From positions 1-35,106 of IMG/VR virus record IMGVR_UViG_3300035561_000135: a DNA stretch of 35,106 nucleotides, one strand, 5' to 3'. The position numbers and the translations under genes are program-made. Every line of letters begins with the position of its first letter. The first letter of the stretch is position 1. The notes below the pieces were generated by a model, which saw nothing but the letters and a program-made list of their open reading frames with translations, had not been told where the DNA came from and searched no databases. This document shows positions 17,818 to 28,016 of the stretch, in pieces. The stretch comes from a virus (lineage: Duplodnaviria; Caudoviricetes).

Positions 17818-17868
17818 GAGCTGAATATGTTAGAATGGATGTTCTAACCTATTCGGCTCTTTTTTTTT
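17818..17868 (+). terminator. Intrinsic terminator-like hairpin in leader of head operon
   Basis: GAGCTGAATA-T-GTTAGAA [TGGATG] TTCTAAC-C-TATTCGGCTC then T9. Confidence 0.8.
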
Positions 17869-17926
17869 GTTCATTTCGCAGAGAAATTAACTGGATAGTT
17901 AAAAAAATTAACAAAGTGAGGATCCA

Positions 17927-18586
17927 ATGAAAACACTCAAAGAAAGGTTGGATGACCTTTTTAGGAGATTGAAAGAGGCAAAAACCCTGGAAGAAGCGCA
18001 GAAGATCTACCAGGAAATCGAAGATATTGGTGCGGATGCTGAGAAAGTCGCTTCTGCTTTGGAGAAAGCGAACAAAGAAGCGAAGGAACATCGGGAAGCA
18101 AAGGATAAACTGGAAAAAGACATCAATGACCTGAAAGCCAAGATCGAGAAGAAGACGAAAGCAGGTGATGACGATGATGCGGATGATGATGCGGATGAGG
18201 AAAAAGGAAAATCCAAAACCGGAGCTGATTCTGAATTATTGAAAACACTGGAGAAATTGAACGCTCGATTGGATAAGATTGAAAAAGACAAGGATTTGAA
18301 AGCTATATCTCAAGAAGTAAGCGGAAAAGTGGAGAAAGCATTGGAAGATGCCAAGCTGCCGAAGAAACTTGCTAAAGTGTTCAAATTCAACGATCTGGAA
18401 AAGGTAGATGATGAAATTTCCGAGTTTGTTCAAACATTGAAAAACGAAGAGCTGAAAGATGTGATCGTTCCCAGGAAATCGGATGATAATGGGGATGGCA
18501 ACACAGAAACTATCAAAGATTATGCCAAGAGCAAATCTTCTGAGAGCAGTTCTTCGGGAATAACCGGAAAAACTTTAGAGATTTAA
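17927..18586 (+). CDS. Capsid scaffold protein
   Basis: Charged coiled-coil protein with acidic linker, upstream of decoration and capsid genes. Confidence 0.75.
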   Translation: MKTLKERLDDLFRRLKEAKTLEEAQKIYQEIEDIGADAEKVASALEKANKEAKEHREAKDKLEKDINDLKAKIEKKTKAGDDDDADDDADEEKGKSKTGADSELLKTLEKLNARLDKIEKDKDLKAISQEVSGKVEKALEDAKLPKKLAKVFKFNDLEKVDDEISEFVQTLKNEELKDVIVPRKSDDNGDGNTETIKDYAKSKSSESSSSGITGKTLEI

Positions 18587-18596
18587 TGGAGTAATC

Positions 18597-19214
18597 ATGA
18601 ATTTACAAATAAGAAAATCCCAAGAGACGCCATATCATCCAATTTTCTTGAAGATATTGGAAGATATTCCGGGTGGAGTGACCTTTTGTGTGGCAGATTT
18701 GAAAACCGGCACGGAAGAGATCAAAGCCGGGGCGCTTCTGGGAGAGGACGGTTCTACCGCCGGATTATTTCATCTGGTAAAAGTGGCTGAGCTACATGCA
18801 GATGCAGCAAATGACGCAACAGAATATCAGGTGAAAAAAGGACATCAGTTCAAAGTAGGCGATATCATCGCAACGAAAGATGTAGCAAGCTGCAAAGCAT
18901 ACGCAATCAGCGAGATCGACACTTCCAATGAGGATTATGATGTTTTGACAGTGGGAACGAGCCTGGGAGTAGCGATGACAGCCGCTGACGGAGTCTATCT
19001 GATTCAGGCAGCAGCTCAGGACACTTCGGGGGGAGCATTTTCCGTGAAATATCCGGCAGAAGCAATTCTGAATGCCAACCTCGATATATCGGGAGATAAT
19101 CCCAATGTGATTGCAGCGGCCGTGGTGAGAGGAACCGTGAAAGAATCGCTTCTTCCCTATCCTGTATCTGATGCACAGAAAACCGCATTAACCGATCGGA
19201 TAAGATTCGCATAA
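18597..19214 (+). CDS. Head decoration protein
   Basis: Between scaffold and capsid; DIPGGVT...IKAGALL...VVRGTVKESLLPYP...IRFA. Confidence 0.7.
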   Translation: MNLQIRKSQETPYHPIFLKILEDIPGGVTFCVADLKTGTEEIKAGALLGEDGSTAGLFHLVKVAELHADAANDATEYQVKKGHQFKVGDIIATKDVASCKAYAISEIDTSNEDYDVLTVGTSLGVAMTAADGVYLIQAAAQDTSGGAFSVKYPAEAILNANLDISGDNPNVIAAAVVRGTVKESLLPYPVSDAQKTALTDRIRFA

Positions 19215-19224
19215 AGGAGGCAAC

Positions 19225-20322
19225 ATGGAACGATCAATAATCAAAGAAATCAATGAGAAGAATCTGCAGGTGTATCTGCAAACGATGGATTATGGGAAAG
19301 AACTCTTTTTCCCGAATTTCTTTCCATTCAAGGACACCTACAAACTGGATTACAAAACGCTGATCGGTTCGGAAGGACGACCAGTAGCAGCTGACGTTGT
19401 AGCTTATGCTGCCTCCTCACCGGAAAAAACCCGTCAAGTAGTCGGTAAGCTGGAAGGCTCAATTCCGGCAATCCGCATTAAACGTAAGATGGATGAGAAC
19501 GCCTTGAATGATTATAACATCTTGAAGCAGCTGGCAAACACAGAGCAGAAGCAAATACTGGATCTCGTATTCAATGATGTGGATTTCTGTGTGGATGGTG
19601 TGCTGGCACGGCTGGAATGGCTATGCTTGCAGGCACTGAGCCAAGGTTACATCACATTAAGCAAAACCAACAATGCCGGGATCATCACTGAGAACAATAT
19701 CGATTTTCAGATGAAGGCAGCTAATAAGCGTGTGATCAAATCTTCATCCTCTAACCGGAAATGGAATGATGCAACTGCGGGCAATCCCAAACCAATTACC
19801 GACATCGAAGACATTGTTGACGTGGCCAGAACAAACGGACAGAGGCTTCGTTATCTGCTGATGGATCTGACGAAATGGCAGCAGATGCGCAAAACAACGG
19901 AAGTGATCCAACTGATCGGCGGAACAACTACGCACATCGTGAAACCCACCTTGAAAAGCGTGAATGAGTACCTGATTTCTCAGGGACTGCCGAAGATCAT
20001 CGTGATAGATTCCAACGTGGCGATCGAAAATGAAAATCATGAGATTTCCAACGTGAACTGCTGGACGACCAAATATGTGACATTCGTTTCCGATCTGAAG
20101 CAGGGCAATGTGCTGAGCGGACCGGTAGCAGAAGATACGAATACACCTAAGCAGTGCATCAAGGCGAAAAAAGACAGAATCATCGTATTGAAACATTCTG
20201 AAACCGATCCTGTGGTTGAGATCACCAGAGGACTTTTGAACGCCTTCCCGACATGGCCAACAATCGACGGCTGCTACAGGCTGGATACTGAAAACAATGC
20301 CGCCGATGGTCTGGACGATTAA
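19225..20322 (+). CDS. Major capsid protein (lambda gpE-like)
   Basis: 365 aa; AADVVA..A.SP.KTR, G.IPAI, ARLEW.C.QALS.G, KW....PITDI; AGGAGG RBS. Confidence 0.9.
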   Translation: MERSIIKEINEKNLQVYLQTMDYGKELFFPNFFPFKDTYKLDYKTLIGSEGRPVAADVVAYAASSPEKTRQVVGKLEGSIPAIRIKRKMDENALNDYNILKQLANTEQKQILDLVFNDVDFCVDGVLARLEWLCLQALSQGYITLSKTNNAGIITENNIDFQMKAANKRVIKSSSSNRKWNDATAGNPKPITDIEDIVDVARTNGQRLRYLLMDLTKWQQMRKTTEVIQLIGGTTTHIVKPTLKSVNEYLISQGLPKIIVIDSNVAIENENHEISNVNCWTTKYVTFVSDLKQGNVLSGPVAEDTNTPKQCIKAKKDRIIVLKHSETDPVVEITRGLLNAFPTWPTIDGCYRLDTENNAADGLDD

Positions 20323-20341
20323 TCCGCTTGGAAGATGAACA

Positions 20342-20638
20342 ATGACTGTTTTAGAAGCTCTTCAAAGCCTTGCTGAGTATGATAATGAAAATCTGCTCAG
20401 CAAGGTTCTTGCTGATAACAGACTGAGCGGAACCGATACTTATGATCCTGATGATCATCAAGTAAAAATCGATCTTGCCTGTGCTGATCTATATGAACAT
20501 CTGGCAACGCATCCGGAAATGCAGGAAGGAAAGTTCAAGCTGAAATACAACGCCGGGATTCTGCTATCTATGGCAAAAAAGCTGAGAAGAAAGCACGGCA
20601 TCGAGCCTGCACTGATAAGCGGAGAATCGAAATGGTGA
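20342..20638 (+). CDS. Head-tail connector/adaptor
   Basis: Small helical protein directly after capsid; DLACADLY...EG...A..LRRKHG. Confidence 0.7.
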   Translation: MTVLEALQSLAEYDNENLLSKVLADNRLSGTDTYDPDDHQVKIDLACADLYEHLATHPEMQEGKFKLKYNAGILLSMAKKLRRKHGIEPALISGESKW

Positions 20639-20964
20639 AACGCTATCCTCATGCTATCAAAATCGCTTATAACAATGGCAGTTTTGTAGATGGAGTATGG
20701 GTTCCGGGAGAGGATACAGAAATAGAAACCGACTGCAGAATAGAACCCCTGGAAGCGAAGAACGATTATAAAGCCGGAGCAGCCGGAGATATAATAACAG
20801 CAGAATGGGAGATATTCTGTCCTTTATTTGAAGGGGCAAATAACGTTCCTGATAAAGCGAAAGTGTTATCTAACAGTTTGAGTAATCCGGCAGCATTTCG
20901 GGCAAAAGACCGTGTGATTTTACGTTTTTCAGTCTATCAGAAGCATATCTCGATAAAGGTGTGA
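20632..20964 (+). CDS. Head closure protein (putative)
   Basis: Position; RYPH...DG.WV.G....CRIEP. Confidence 0.65.
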   Translation: MVKRYPHAIKIAYNNGSFVDGVWVPGEDTEIETDCRIEPLEAKNDYKAGAAGDIITAEWEIFCPLFEGANNVPDKAKVLSNSLSNPAAFRAKDRVILRFSVYQKHISIKV

Positions 20965-21401
20965 TGATGAAAGGGATGCTGAAGCCGGTATTTACCAATG
21001 CAAGTATCTTTACGGCAATCGATGATTTTGAGCGAAACAAACATGAACAGATCCTGCATAGTCTGGCTTATGTGGGTGAAGGCTTTGTAAATGATTCAAG
21101 AATGGTTCAATCCTATAAAGATCAGACAGGTAATTTGAGATCTTCGATTGGCTATGCAATTGGCTTGAATGGTAAAATCAAAAAGATCGATCTGGAAGGT
21201 AAAAGTGAAGGTAAGAAAAGAGCGAAAGAAGTAGCTGAGGAGATCTGCAGAGAAAACAACGAGGGATATGTGTTGATCGGATTTGCCGGGATGGAATATG
21301 CCGCAGCGGTTGAAGCGAAAGGATATGATGTGATAACCGGAAGTGTGCCGGCAGCTGAGACAATGCTGAGGATATTGAAGCAGGAATTGGGTGTGAGCTG
21401 A
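20961..21401 (+). CDS. HK97 gp10-like neck/tail completion protein
   Basis: YKDQTGNLRSSIGY, AGMEYAAAVEAKGYDV. Confidence 0.8.
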   Translation: MMMKGMLKPVFTNASIFTAIDDFERNKHEQILHSLAYVGEGFVNDSRMVQSYKDQTGNLRSSIGYAIGLNGKIKKIDLEGKSEGKKRAKEVAEEICRENNEGYVLIGFAGMEYAAAVEAKGYDVITGSVPAAETMLRILKQELGVS

Positions 21402-21802
21402 TGAGAACGACCTTTGACGTAGCTGATATGATCTACAATATTTTGAATGCAGCTGCTGTGAATAATGCCATAGACGGCATGATATACAAAGGGAAAAAAC
21501 CTGTGAATTCCGAAAAGCAGGACATTGTGATCAACACATTGCCGATAAGCAATGATGATACACAACGGATTACTGTGATAATCAACTGCTACAGCAAGAA
21601 CTTTGAGGCAACCGGCACACAGGATATTGCAACGATGAAGATCATCGCCGAGGCTGTGATAACAGAGTTGGAAAGCTATTCTAAAACAGAAGGAACTTAC
21701 TTTCAATATGATGTGATCAATCAAATTGTGATGAACGATAATGATCAGAAGAATATGAGCTATGTATCGATCCGGCTGAACTGCTGGATTGAGAACAATT
21801 AG
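21401..21802 (+). CDS. Tail terminator (putative)
   Basis: Position immediately before tail tube; 133 aa alpha/beta. Confidence 0.65.
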   Translation: MRTTFDVADMIYNILNAAAVNNAIDGMIYKGKKPVNSEKQDIVINTLPISNDDTQRITVIINCYSKNFEATGTQDIATMKIIAEAVITELESYSKTEGTYFQYDVINQIVMNDNDQKNMSYVSIRLNCWIENN

Positions 21803-21811
21803 GAGTTAACA

Positions 21812-22339
21812 ATGGCAAAATTCAGAGTTTTAGGCTTAGAAAAAATAGAGATCGGCAATTGCGGAGCCGATGGAGCAATGGGCAGTTCTTTGACCGAAAT
21901 CAAGAAAATAGTTCCCGAATCAGTGATATTCGATACAGAAAAACCGGAGGTAATCGAACTTTTCGTGGAGGGAGTGGACGCTCCTGACATTCAAAAGATC
22001 TCGAAATCCGGTTTGAAAGCAGTTTCGCTGAAGACACGCGATCTAGCGACAGGTAACCTGGAGCTATTCGACGGCGGAACGACAGAGACCGGCAAATACA
22101 GCGCTCCGGTTCAAACTATCGAAAAATACCAGAGTGTGAAAGTGACCGGGAAATATGTGAGCGGTAAGCGGGGAGTACTGTCGATTCCCAGAGCATTGGT
22201 AATCGCTAAAATCACGATGCCGTTCCATAAGGGTGAATCCGGCATGATCGAAGCAGAAATGCGGGTAGCAACGCCGGAAAATGCAACCGGAACCGCTTTG
22301 TCTCCCTGGCAATTTGAATATGAAGATGAACCGGCATAA
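21812..22339 (+). CDS. Tail tube (major tail) protein
   Basis: GLEKIEIG....DGAMG; beta-rich; AGGAG RBS; upstream of chaperone and tape measure. Confidence 0.8.
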   Translation: MAKFRVLGLEKIEIGNCGADGAMGSSLTEIKKIVPESVIFDTEKPEVIELFVEGVDAPDIQKISKSGLKAVSLKTRDLATGNLELFDGGTTETGKYSAPVQTIEKYQSVKVTGKYVSGKRGVLSIPRALVIAKITMPFHKGESGMIEAEMRVATPENATGTALSPWQFEYEDEPA

Positions 22340-22344
22340 ATGAA

Positions 22345-22377
22345 CTTCCCTTCTCTTTTTTTTATTGAGAAGGGAAG
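22345..22377 (+). terminator. Perfect 11-bp hairpin after tail tube gene
   Basis: CTTCCCTTCTC...GAGAAGGGAAG followed by CATTTT. Confidence 0.55.
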
Positions 22378-22395
22378 CATTTTAAGGAGGATATT

Positions 22396-22899
22396 TTGTA
22401 TTCTGTGAAAAGTACGATATTGCAGGAAGGGATCGATTTTACCATTTCGGTAATTAATAAAACCTTCTGGCATAAAATAAAGCTGAAAAAGCCTTTCAGG
22501 AAGTTTGTGATGTATCCGATCTGCCTGGGAACGCTACTGAAGATATCTGAATTGATAATGCAGATGGATGCAGTGACGGCGGAAAACCATGAAAAAGATA
22601 ATTTCATGGATTTTGCGGTTGGAAAGATCAAAAATAATGCTGAGAAATTTGCTGAGATCATCGCTTTGGCGATAATAAACAAGCCATTTTCCGATAATCG
22701 GATAATTCGATATATTGAGAAGATCGGCTTCAGGAGACTGGTCAAGTTCATCAATAGCAATGTGAATGATAAAGAGGCTCTTGATCTGATAAACCTGGTA
22801 GTGAAACAGATGGATATACAGCATTTTTTAGCATGTATGGTCTCGATCAAGGGGATGGATCTACAGATCGAGGCCGCAGCCCAAACTTCTGGGGATTAA
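22396..22899 (+). CDS. Tail assembly chaperone (gpG-like)
   Basis: AAGGAGG RBS with TTG start; between tube and tape measure. Confidence 0.75.
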   Translation: MYSVKSTILQEGIDFTISVINKTFWHKIKLKKPFRKFVMYPICLGTLLKISELIMQMDAVTAENHEKDNFMDFAVGKIKNNAEKFAEIIALAIINKPFSDNRIIRYIEKIGFRRLVKFINSNVNDKEALDLINLVVKQMDIQHFLACMVSIKGMDLQIEAAAQTSGD

Positions 22900-23081
22900 T
22901 AGGCAACATATCGCACTATTTCGGATTTGAGATCCAAGATATTCTCTGGAAACATTCCTGGAGAAATATAAAAATGTACAGTTTGAGTATTCCTGAATAT
23001 AAAAAGAATGATGCGGATGCAGTAGATGGCGTGATCGATTTTTCCCAACCCGGCTCATTTGAAAGATCACTGGGGAGCTGA
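22824..23081 (+). CDS. gpT-like extension reached by -1 ribosomal frameshift
   Basis: T TTT TTA heptamer at 22824-22830 in gpG frame; -1 frame open to 23081. Confidence 0.7.
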   Translation, partial: FFSMYGLDQGDGSTDRGRSPNFWGLIGNISHYFGFEIQDILWKHSWRNIKMYSLSIPEYKKNDADAVDGVIDFSQPGSFERSLGS

Positions 23082-23083
23082 TT

Positions 23084-26000
23084 GTGCCATTAGACGTTTC
23101 CGGCAGCAAATCCCTTTATTGGAAAACAGGCATAGATACGACCGGACTGAAGACCGGCTCCATGAAAGCCAAGGGCATTCTGGCAAGTTTATCCCAGAAT
23201 GTGACGAAAATGGATGTATTTGCCGGACTGGGATTATCTGCAACACTCGCTTTTGCAAAAGTAGGCAAAGAGGCTTATAACTTTTCAAAGAAATATGAAA
23301 CAGCAATGAAGGAAGTGCAGACGATTTCCGATGCTGTGAAAGCGAACTACAAAGGTGTATCTGACGAGATAATCAACTTAAGCACAAAAGTACCGGATGC
23401 AGCCGATAAACTGGCAAAAGCATATTATCAGATCGTGAGCGCCGGTTATGACGGTGCGGAAGCGATGAAAATGCTGGAACAAAGTGCAAAACTTGCCACC
23501 GCCGGAGTTACCGATACATTTGTGTCTGCAGATGCAATCACATCGATAATGAATGCCTATGGCGCTGCTGCCGGCAATGCAGAGAATATATCGGATAAGC
23601 TCTTTAAAACAGTTGAGCTTGGCAAAACGAAAATGGAAGAGCTGGGACCGACAATCGGAACGGTGACCGGGCTTTCCGCTCAGGCGGGACTGGCTTTTGA
23701 TGAACTGATGGCGATAATTGCCAAAGGTGTGAAAACAATGCCGACCGACATCATGATGACCGGCATAAAAGGGATGCTGAACTCGATCATCAAGGGACCA
23801 ACAAAAGAAGCGGCTGAACTGATTGAAAACCTGGGACTTGAATTTGATATTGCCTCAATGAGATCTAAAGGATTTAATCAATTTATGACCGACCTGATGG
23901 AAAAGACAGGCGGCAATATTGAAACTCTGCAAAAACTTTTTCCGAATGTTCGTGGACTGGCCGGACTTTTGGCTGTTGCAACCGAAGCAGGCGGAGAATT
24001 CAAAGACATCTTAGATGAAATTCAAAACAGCACCGGAGCAACAGAAGAAGCTTTTCGAATCATGATGGAATCTACCGATAATCAAATTGCAATTTTGAGA
24101 AACAACATTACAGCAAAACTGAAACCTTTGGGCGATGCAATATTGGGACAGGTGAACGAGATTGCGGGAGCGTTGAATAGGGGATTTGCCAATGCAGTGA
24201 AAGAGGCAACGAAAGCTTCTGCCCTGGAAAGAATGGAATTTGAGAAAAATGTAGTAACATTACAAACCCTGCTGGATAAGACCGATAAAACCAAAGTAGA
24301 AAAAGAGTATCTGGCAAAAGCAATTAAAACGCTTCAAGATCAATATCCCGATTATCTGGGAAATATCGATGCGGAAACAACGAAATATGAAGATCTGAAA
24401 ACAGCAATCGAAGAAGCAAGGCAATCTCTTCATGATAAGATCGTTCTGCAAATGAGTGAAGCTGAAATTAGCGTATTAACTCAAAAGAAGATAGAATTGG
24501 AATTAAGAGAGAGAGAATTAATAGAAAAGAAAAATGAGGCTTTAGCAAACAGTAAAATAATAATCGAAGATCTAAAGGTTGATCTTGAAGCTGCCAGAAG
24601 TCGATGGGAAGAAATGATCGGCGGAGGCGTCAAATGGTCTGAATTAACTGAAGAACAAAAAAGAAGAACAGGGTTGTTATTAGAAGATCAAGTTGAACTT
24701 CTTGCAGCACAGAAAAAAATCGAGGTTGCTTCACAAAAAGTTACAGAAAATCAAGAAGAACAAAATGAACTCCAGGAAGAAATCAATCAAGTAAGTGAAA
24801 AATATAACAATATTTTAAAAGGAATAACTGAAAATTTAGATGGTCATAATAACGAGCTTGATGAGACAAAAGAGAAAGTTGCAGGAATAGCAGAAATCGG
24901 AGAAGCGTTTAAGAATGCTATATCTGAGATCGATTTTAAACTTCCTGAACTGGGAAATTTTGAACTGCCTGAATATGATTTTTCGAGTGCAACAAAATCC
25001 TTATCTGAATTGATGACAATATTCGGCAATCACACAAAACAACTGGAAGATCTGAGACAGGCTGGAATAGACACAACAGATCTGCTGGATAAAGAATGGA
25101 AAGTTTTCACGGATAATATAAAACAATACTATGGAGAAGAATCGGCTACCTATCTGGCTGCATTGAATTTGAAAAAAGATGCAGATCGCGAATATCTGGA
25201 ATGGAGACGAGCCAAATGGGAAGATGAGAATAGGTTCTGGAATAACATTCTGGATACAAGTTTGAATTCATATAAGGCGTTCGCTAACTCTTTGATCGAC
25301 ATGGATATGACCGGCAAAGAGCGCAAGGAAATGATCTGGGAGCAGACGAAATCTTCGTTTGTATCGATGCTGGTGAATATGACAGCGGAAGCAGTGAAGC
25401 AAATGATAGTTCAGAAGGCAATATCGGCAAGCTCTCAGGCAGCTTCTGTGGCTACTGCAACAGCGACCGGGCTATCGATAGCTTCGGCATATTCCGGGGC
25501 TGCAGCACTGGCATCTCTGGCAAGTTTTGGAGCAAATGCAGTGCCGGCAAGTGCGGGAATGATCGAGACGGTAGCTCTGGGCAAAATGCTGGCAAAAATG
25601 CAATTCAATAAAGGCGGAGAGGTCGACTGGAAAGAGATCACTCAGCTTTCCCAGGGCGGAGAACTGCAGAGTGGATCTGACATGAACATGGATTCGGTTT
25701 TAACTATACTCACCAAAAAAGAAATCGTGAATAATCGAGAAAGTTCTCAACACAAAAATCCCGGTTCCTGGGAAGATAACAGAGACTTCCTATTGAACCT
25801 GAATAAGAATAAGTATCATTTAGTTGAAAATTATATCCCAAAATCTGAAATCTGGGAAAACATAAAGAATCTGGCAAAAATGAATTCCGGCGGAGAAGTG
25901 TGGGACAGCATCAAAATTCCTGATATTAAGGTTCCGTATGCCGGCTTGCCGAACTATGAACGCCTATTCCCAAAAACAATGAATGTGACTTCCGGGCAAT

Positions 26001-26176
26001 TGGATAGAAAATTAACCGATCTCATTAAAGCTGTTAAGGCTCAGACGATCAATCAGATGAGTAGGGATGTGAGCCCACAGATCGTGATAAAATCCGATTT
26101 GGATATGGAAAGTTTTGTAATCGAGATGGATAAAACCAAAAATCGAATGAAGCACAGAGGATATATCGGTGAATAA
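23084..26176 (+). CDS. Tail tape measure protein (TP901 type)
   Basis: 1030 aa; YE.AM.EV.TIS, AYYQIVSAG, SDKLFKTVELGKT..EEL, long helical region. Confidence 0.95.
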   Translation: MPLDVSGSKSLYWKTGIDTTGLKTGSMKAKGILASLSQNVTKMDVFAGLGLSATLAFAKVGKEAYNFSKKYETAMKEVQTISDAVKANYKGVSDEIINLSTKVPDAADKLAKAYYQIVSAGYDGAEAMKMLEQSAKLATAGVTDTFVSADAITSIMNAYGAAAGNAENISDKLFKTVELGKTKMEELGPTIGTVTGLSAQAGLAFDELMAIIAKGVKTMPTDIMMTGIKGMLNSIIKGPTKEAAELIENLGLEFDIASMRSKGFNQFMTDLMEKTGGNIETLQKLFPNVRGLAGLLAVATEAGGEFKDILDEIQNSTGATEEAFRIMMESTDNQIAILRNNITAKLKPLGDAILGQVNEIAGALNRGFANAVKEATKASALERMEFEKNVVTLQTLLDKTDKTKVEKEYLAKAIKTLQDQYPDYLGNIDAETTKYEDLKTAIEEARQSLHDKIVLQMSEAEISVLTQKKIELELRERELIEKKNEALANSKIIIEDLKVDLEAARSRWEEMIGGGVKWSELTEEQKRRTGLLLEDQVELLAAQKKIEVASQKVTENQEEQNELQEEINQVSEKYNNILKGITENLDGHNNELDETKEKVAGIAEIGEAFKNAISEIDFKLPELGNFELPEYDFSSATKSLSELMTIFGNHTKQLEDLRQAGIDTTDLLDKEWKVFTDNIKQYYGEESATYLAALNLKKDADREYLEWRRAKWEDENRFWNNILDTSLNSYKAFANSLIDMDMTGKERKEMIWEQTKSSFVSMLVNMTAEAVKQMIVQKAISASSQAASVATATATGLSIASAYSGAAALASLASFGANAVPASAGMIETVALGKMLAKMQFNKGGEVDWKEITQLSQGGELQSGSDMNMDSVLTILTKKEIVNNRESSQHKNPGSWEDNRDFLLNLNKNKYHLVENYIPKSEIWENIKNLAKMNSGGEVWDSIKIPDIKVPYAGLPNYERLFPKTMNVTSGQLDRKLTDLIKAVKAQTINQMSRDVSPQIVIKSDLDMESFVIEMDKTKNRMKHRGYIGE

Positions 26177-28016
26177 CAGCAAAATATTCTATTATCGAGA
26201 TCATAATAACGGTGGTCTATTTGACGGGAATACAGCAGTTGATACTCAAAGGGCTTTTGGTTTATATTCAGCGGATCTGGGTGTTCGCGTAAGATTCAGA
26301 GCAAACGAGCTGGAATCAGGTTCAGGAACAATCTGGGGAGTAGGTAGAGAAGCTGAAAATGATAAATTTCAATTAAAGGTGGTAAAATGTTCAGAAGAAT
26401 ATTATTTAAGAGTAAATTACTTAGATAAATCCTACAATTTTTATGAATATAAAATTAATTGTGAAACTATTTATGAAGTAAAAGTAAAAATAAGTGGTAA
26501 TGGTTCTGGTAATGGTGAAATTAGATTGGAAATATTTGATCGATACCACACTGCATTATATTCAGAAAACAAAACTAATAACTCAGATAAAGACAATTAC
26601 AGTATAACTGAAAACAATGTATATATAGGTGCAACCAATGATTCAGGCAACCCGACCGAAGGATTTTGCGGATTTATATTTGATTGGGATACTGTATATG
26701 CTGACACATCTGATTTTTCTCATTTCATATTTTATAAAAATTTTAACGGAGTAGAAGATAATGAAGTAGCTGAAAGCTCTGGATCATATACCGGAGAAAT
26801 CATTCCTTCTGTACCAGATAATTTCTGGCCGGAGAAAACAGAGATAACAACTTATCTTAAAGAAAAATCCAGACTAAATATAAACTGGAAGACCGATAGA
26901 TACAAAGCACCTGTAAGATATGAAATGAAACTAAATATAAAAAGTGAGAGCTTAGATATTAAAGAAAATGATACAATAACAATTCAAATAGGAGAAGATG
27001 TAACTAATAATGAAATATCTGCAATTTTCAATATTAAGGAGCTAAAGTATGGAGATTATTATGAGATTACAATAATTTGTGAAGATATTTTACAATCAAC
27101 AGAAAAGATATTAGCAAAGCATATCGCTTATTATTACAAAACATATTGGACTTATGAGGATCCTAAATGGTGGTCCCTTTATTATCCTACTTCGGGAATA
27201 AGTGGAGATTATTATTATGATGCCAGTAATGAAAGCAATCGTTGGTTCAATATAGAGTATGTTTTAAAAACTATATTGTATATGCTACAATATGATAATC
27301 TAATATCCTTTGATACGGCAACTTTAAAAGCATCTTCTTCTGATCTTTATGAAGAATATGGCGGTTCATCTACTTATATTACTTATCGATATTTAATTTT
27401 TCATCAGGGTATGTTTAAATATCTTGGAATTAATGACAGTTCTAAAAATTCATTGCAGGATATGAATGAGATTTTGCTTACCATGTTTCGGACTTTGAGA
27501 ATAACTTATTACTTTTATAATGGTAAGATAACATTTCGCAAGATAGGCTACTCTCATGTAACTCATCCGGTAAATTATGGGAGAAAACACTGGAAGGAAC
27601 GGAATTATAAATTTACTCAGATAGACACTTCCATCATAGAAAACGGCGTGACCGGCAGACCTGATCTAACTGCTTATTATAGTTCATTTGTTTCTGATGA
27701 TTTTAACGATCAAACAGGCAGTGTAGTAAATTCAAACTATAAGCTGCCGGAAAAGAAATTGCTAAACAATTTAAATTTACCAATAAATTTTTGGATATTC
27801 TGGAGAGAATCATCATCCAATATGCTTCACACTTTCGGTTCAGCAGGAACGAGGTGGTTGGAACAGGCTGCTAAATCGATTGATACAGGCATTCGTGGGC
27901 TAAAAAAAATAGAAGAAATCGAAGTAATGCTAACAAAAGACAACTCCCGGCATTACATTTCGAAAACAGATAATCTGATTGAAAACAGGTCAATAATTAC
28001 GCAGGAGTTTGAATGA
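26169..28016 (+). CDS. Tail tip/baseplate protein, N-terminal LamG-like region
   Basis: 615 aa after tape measure; NVYIGA.......F.G.I motif; Y/N/S-rich. Confidence 0.6.
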   Translation: MNNSKIFYYRDHNNGGLFDGNTAVDTQRAFGLYSADLGVRVRFRANELESGSGTIWGVGREAENDKFQLKVVKCSEEYYLRVNYLDKSYNFYEYKINCETIYEVKVKISGNGSGNGEIRLEIFDRYHTALYSENKTNNSDKDNYSITENNVYIGATNDSGNPTEGFCGFIFDWDTVYADTSDFSHFIFYKNFNGVEDNEVAESSGSYTGEIIPSVPDNFWPEKTEITTYLKEKSRLNINWKTDRYKAPVRYEMKLNIKSESLDIKENDTITIQIGEDVTNNEISAIFNIKELKYGDYYEITIICEDILQSTEKILAKHIAYYYKTYWTYEDPKWWSLYYPTSGISGDYYYDASNESNRWFNIEYVLKTILYMLQYDNLISFDTATLKASSSDLYEEYGGSSTYITYRYLIFHQGMFKYLGINDSSKNSLQDMNEILLTMFRTLRITYYFYNGKITFRKIGYSHVTHPVNYGRKHWKERNYKFTQIDTSIIENGVTGRPDLTAYYSSFVSDDFNDQTGSVVNSNYKLPEKKLLNNLNLPINFWIFWRESSSNMLHTFGSAGTRWLEQAAKSIDTGIRGLKKIEEIEVMLTKDNSRHYISKTDNLIENRSIITQEFE

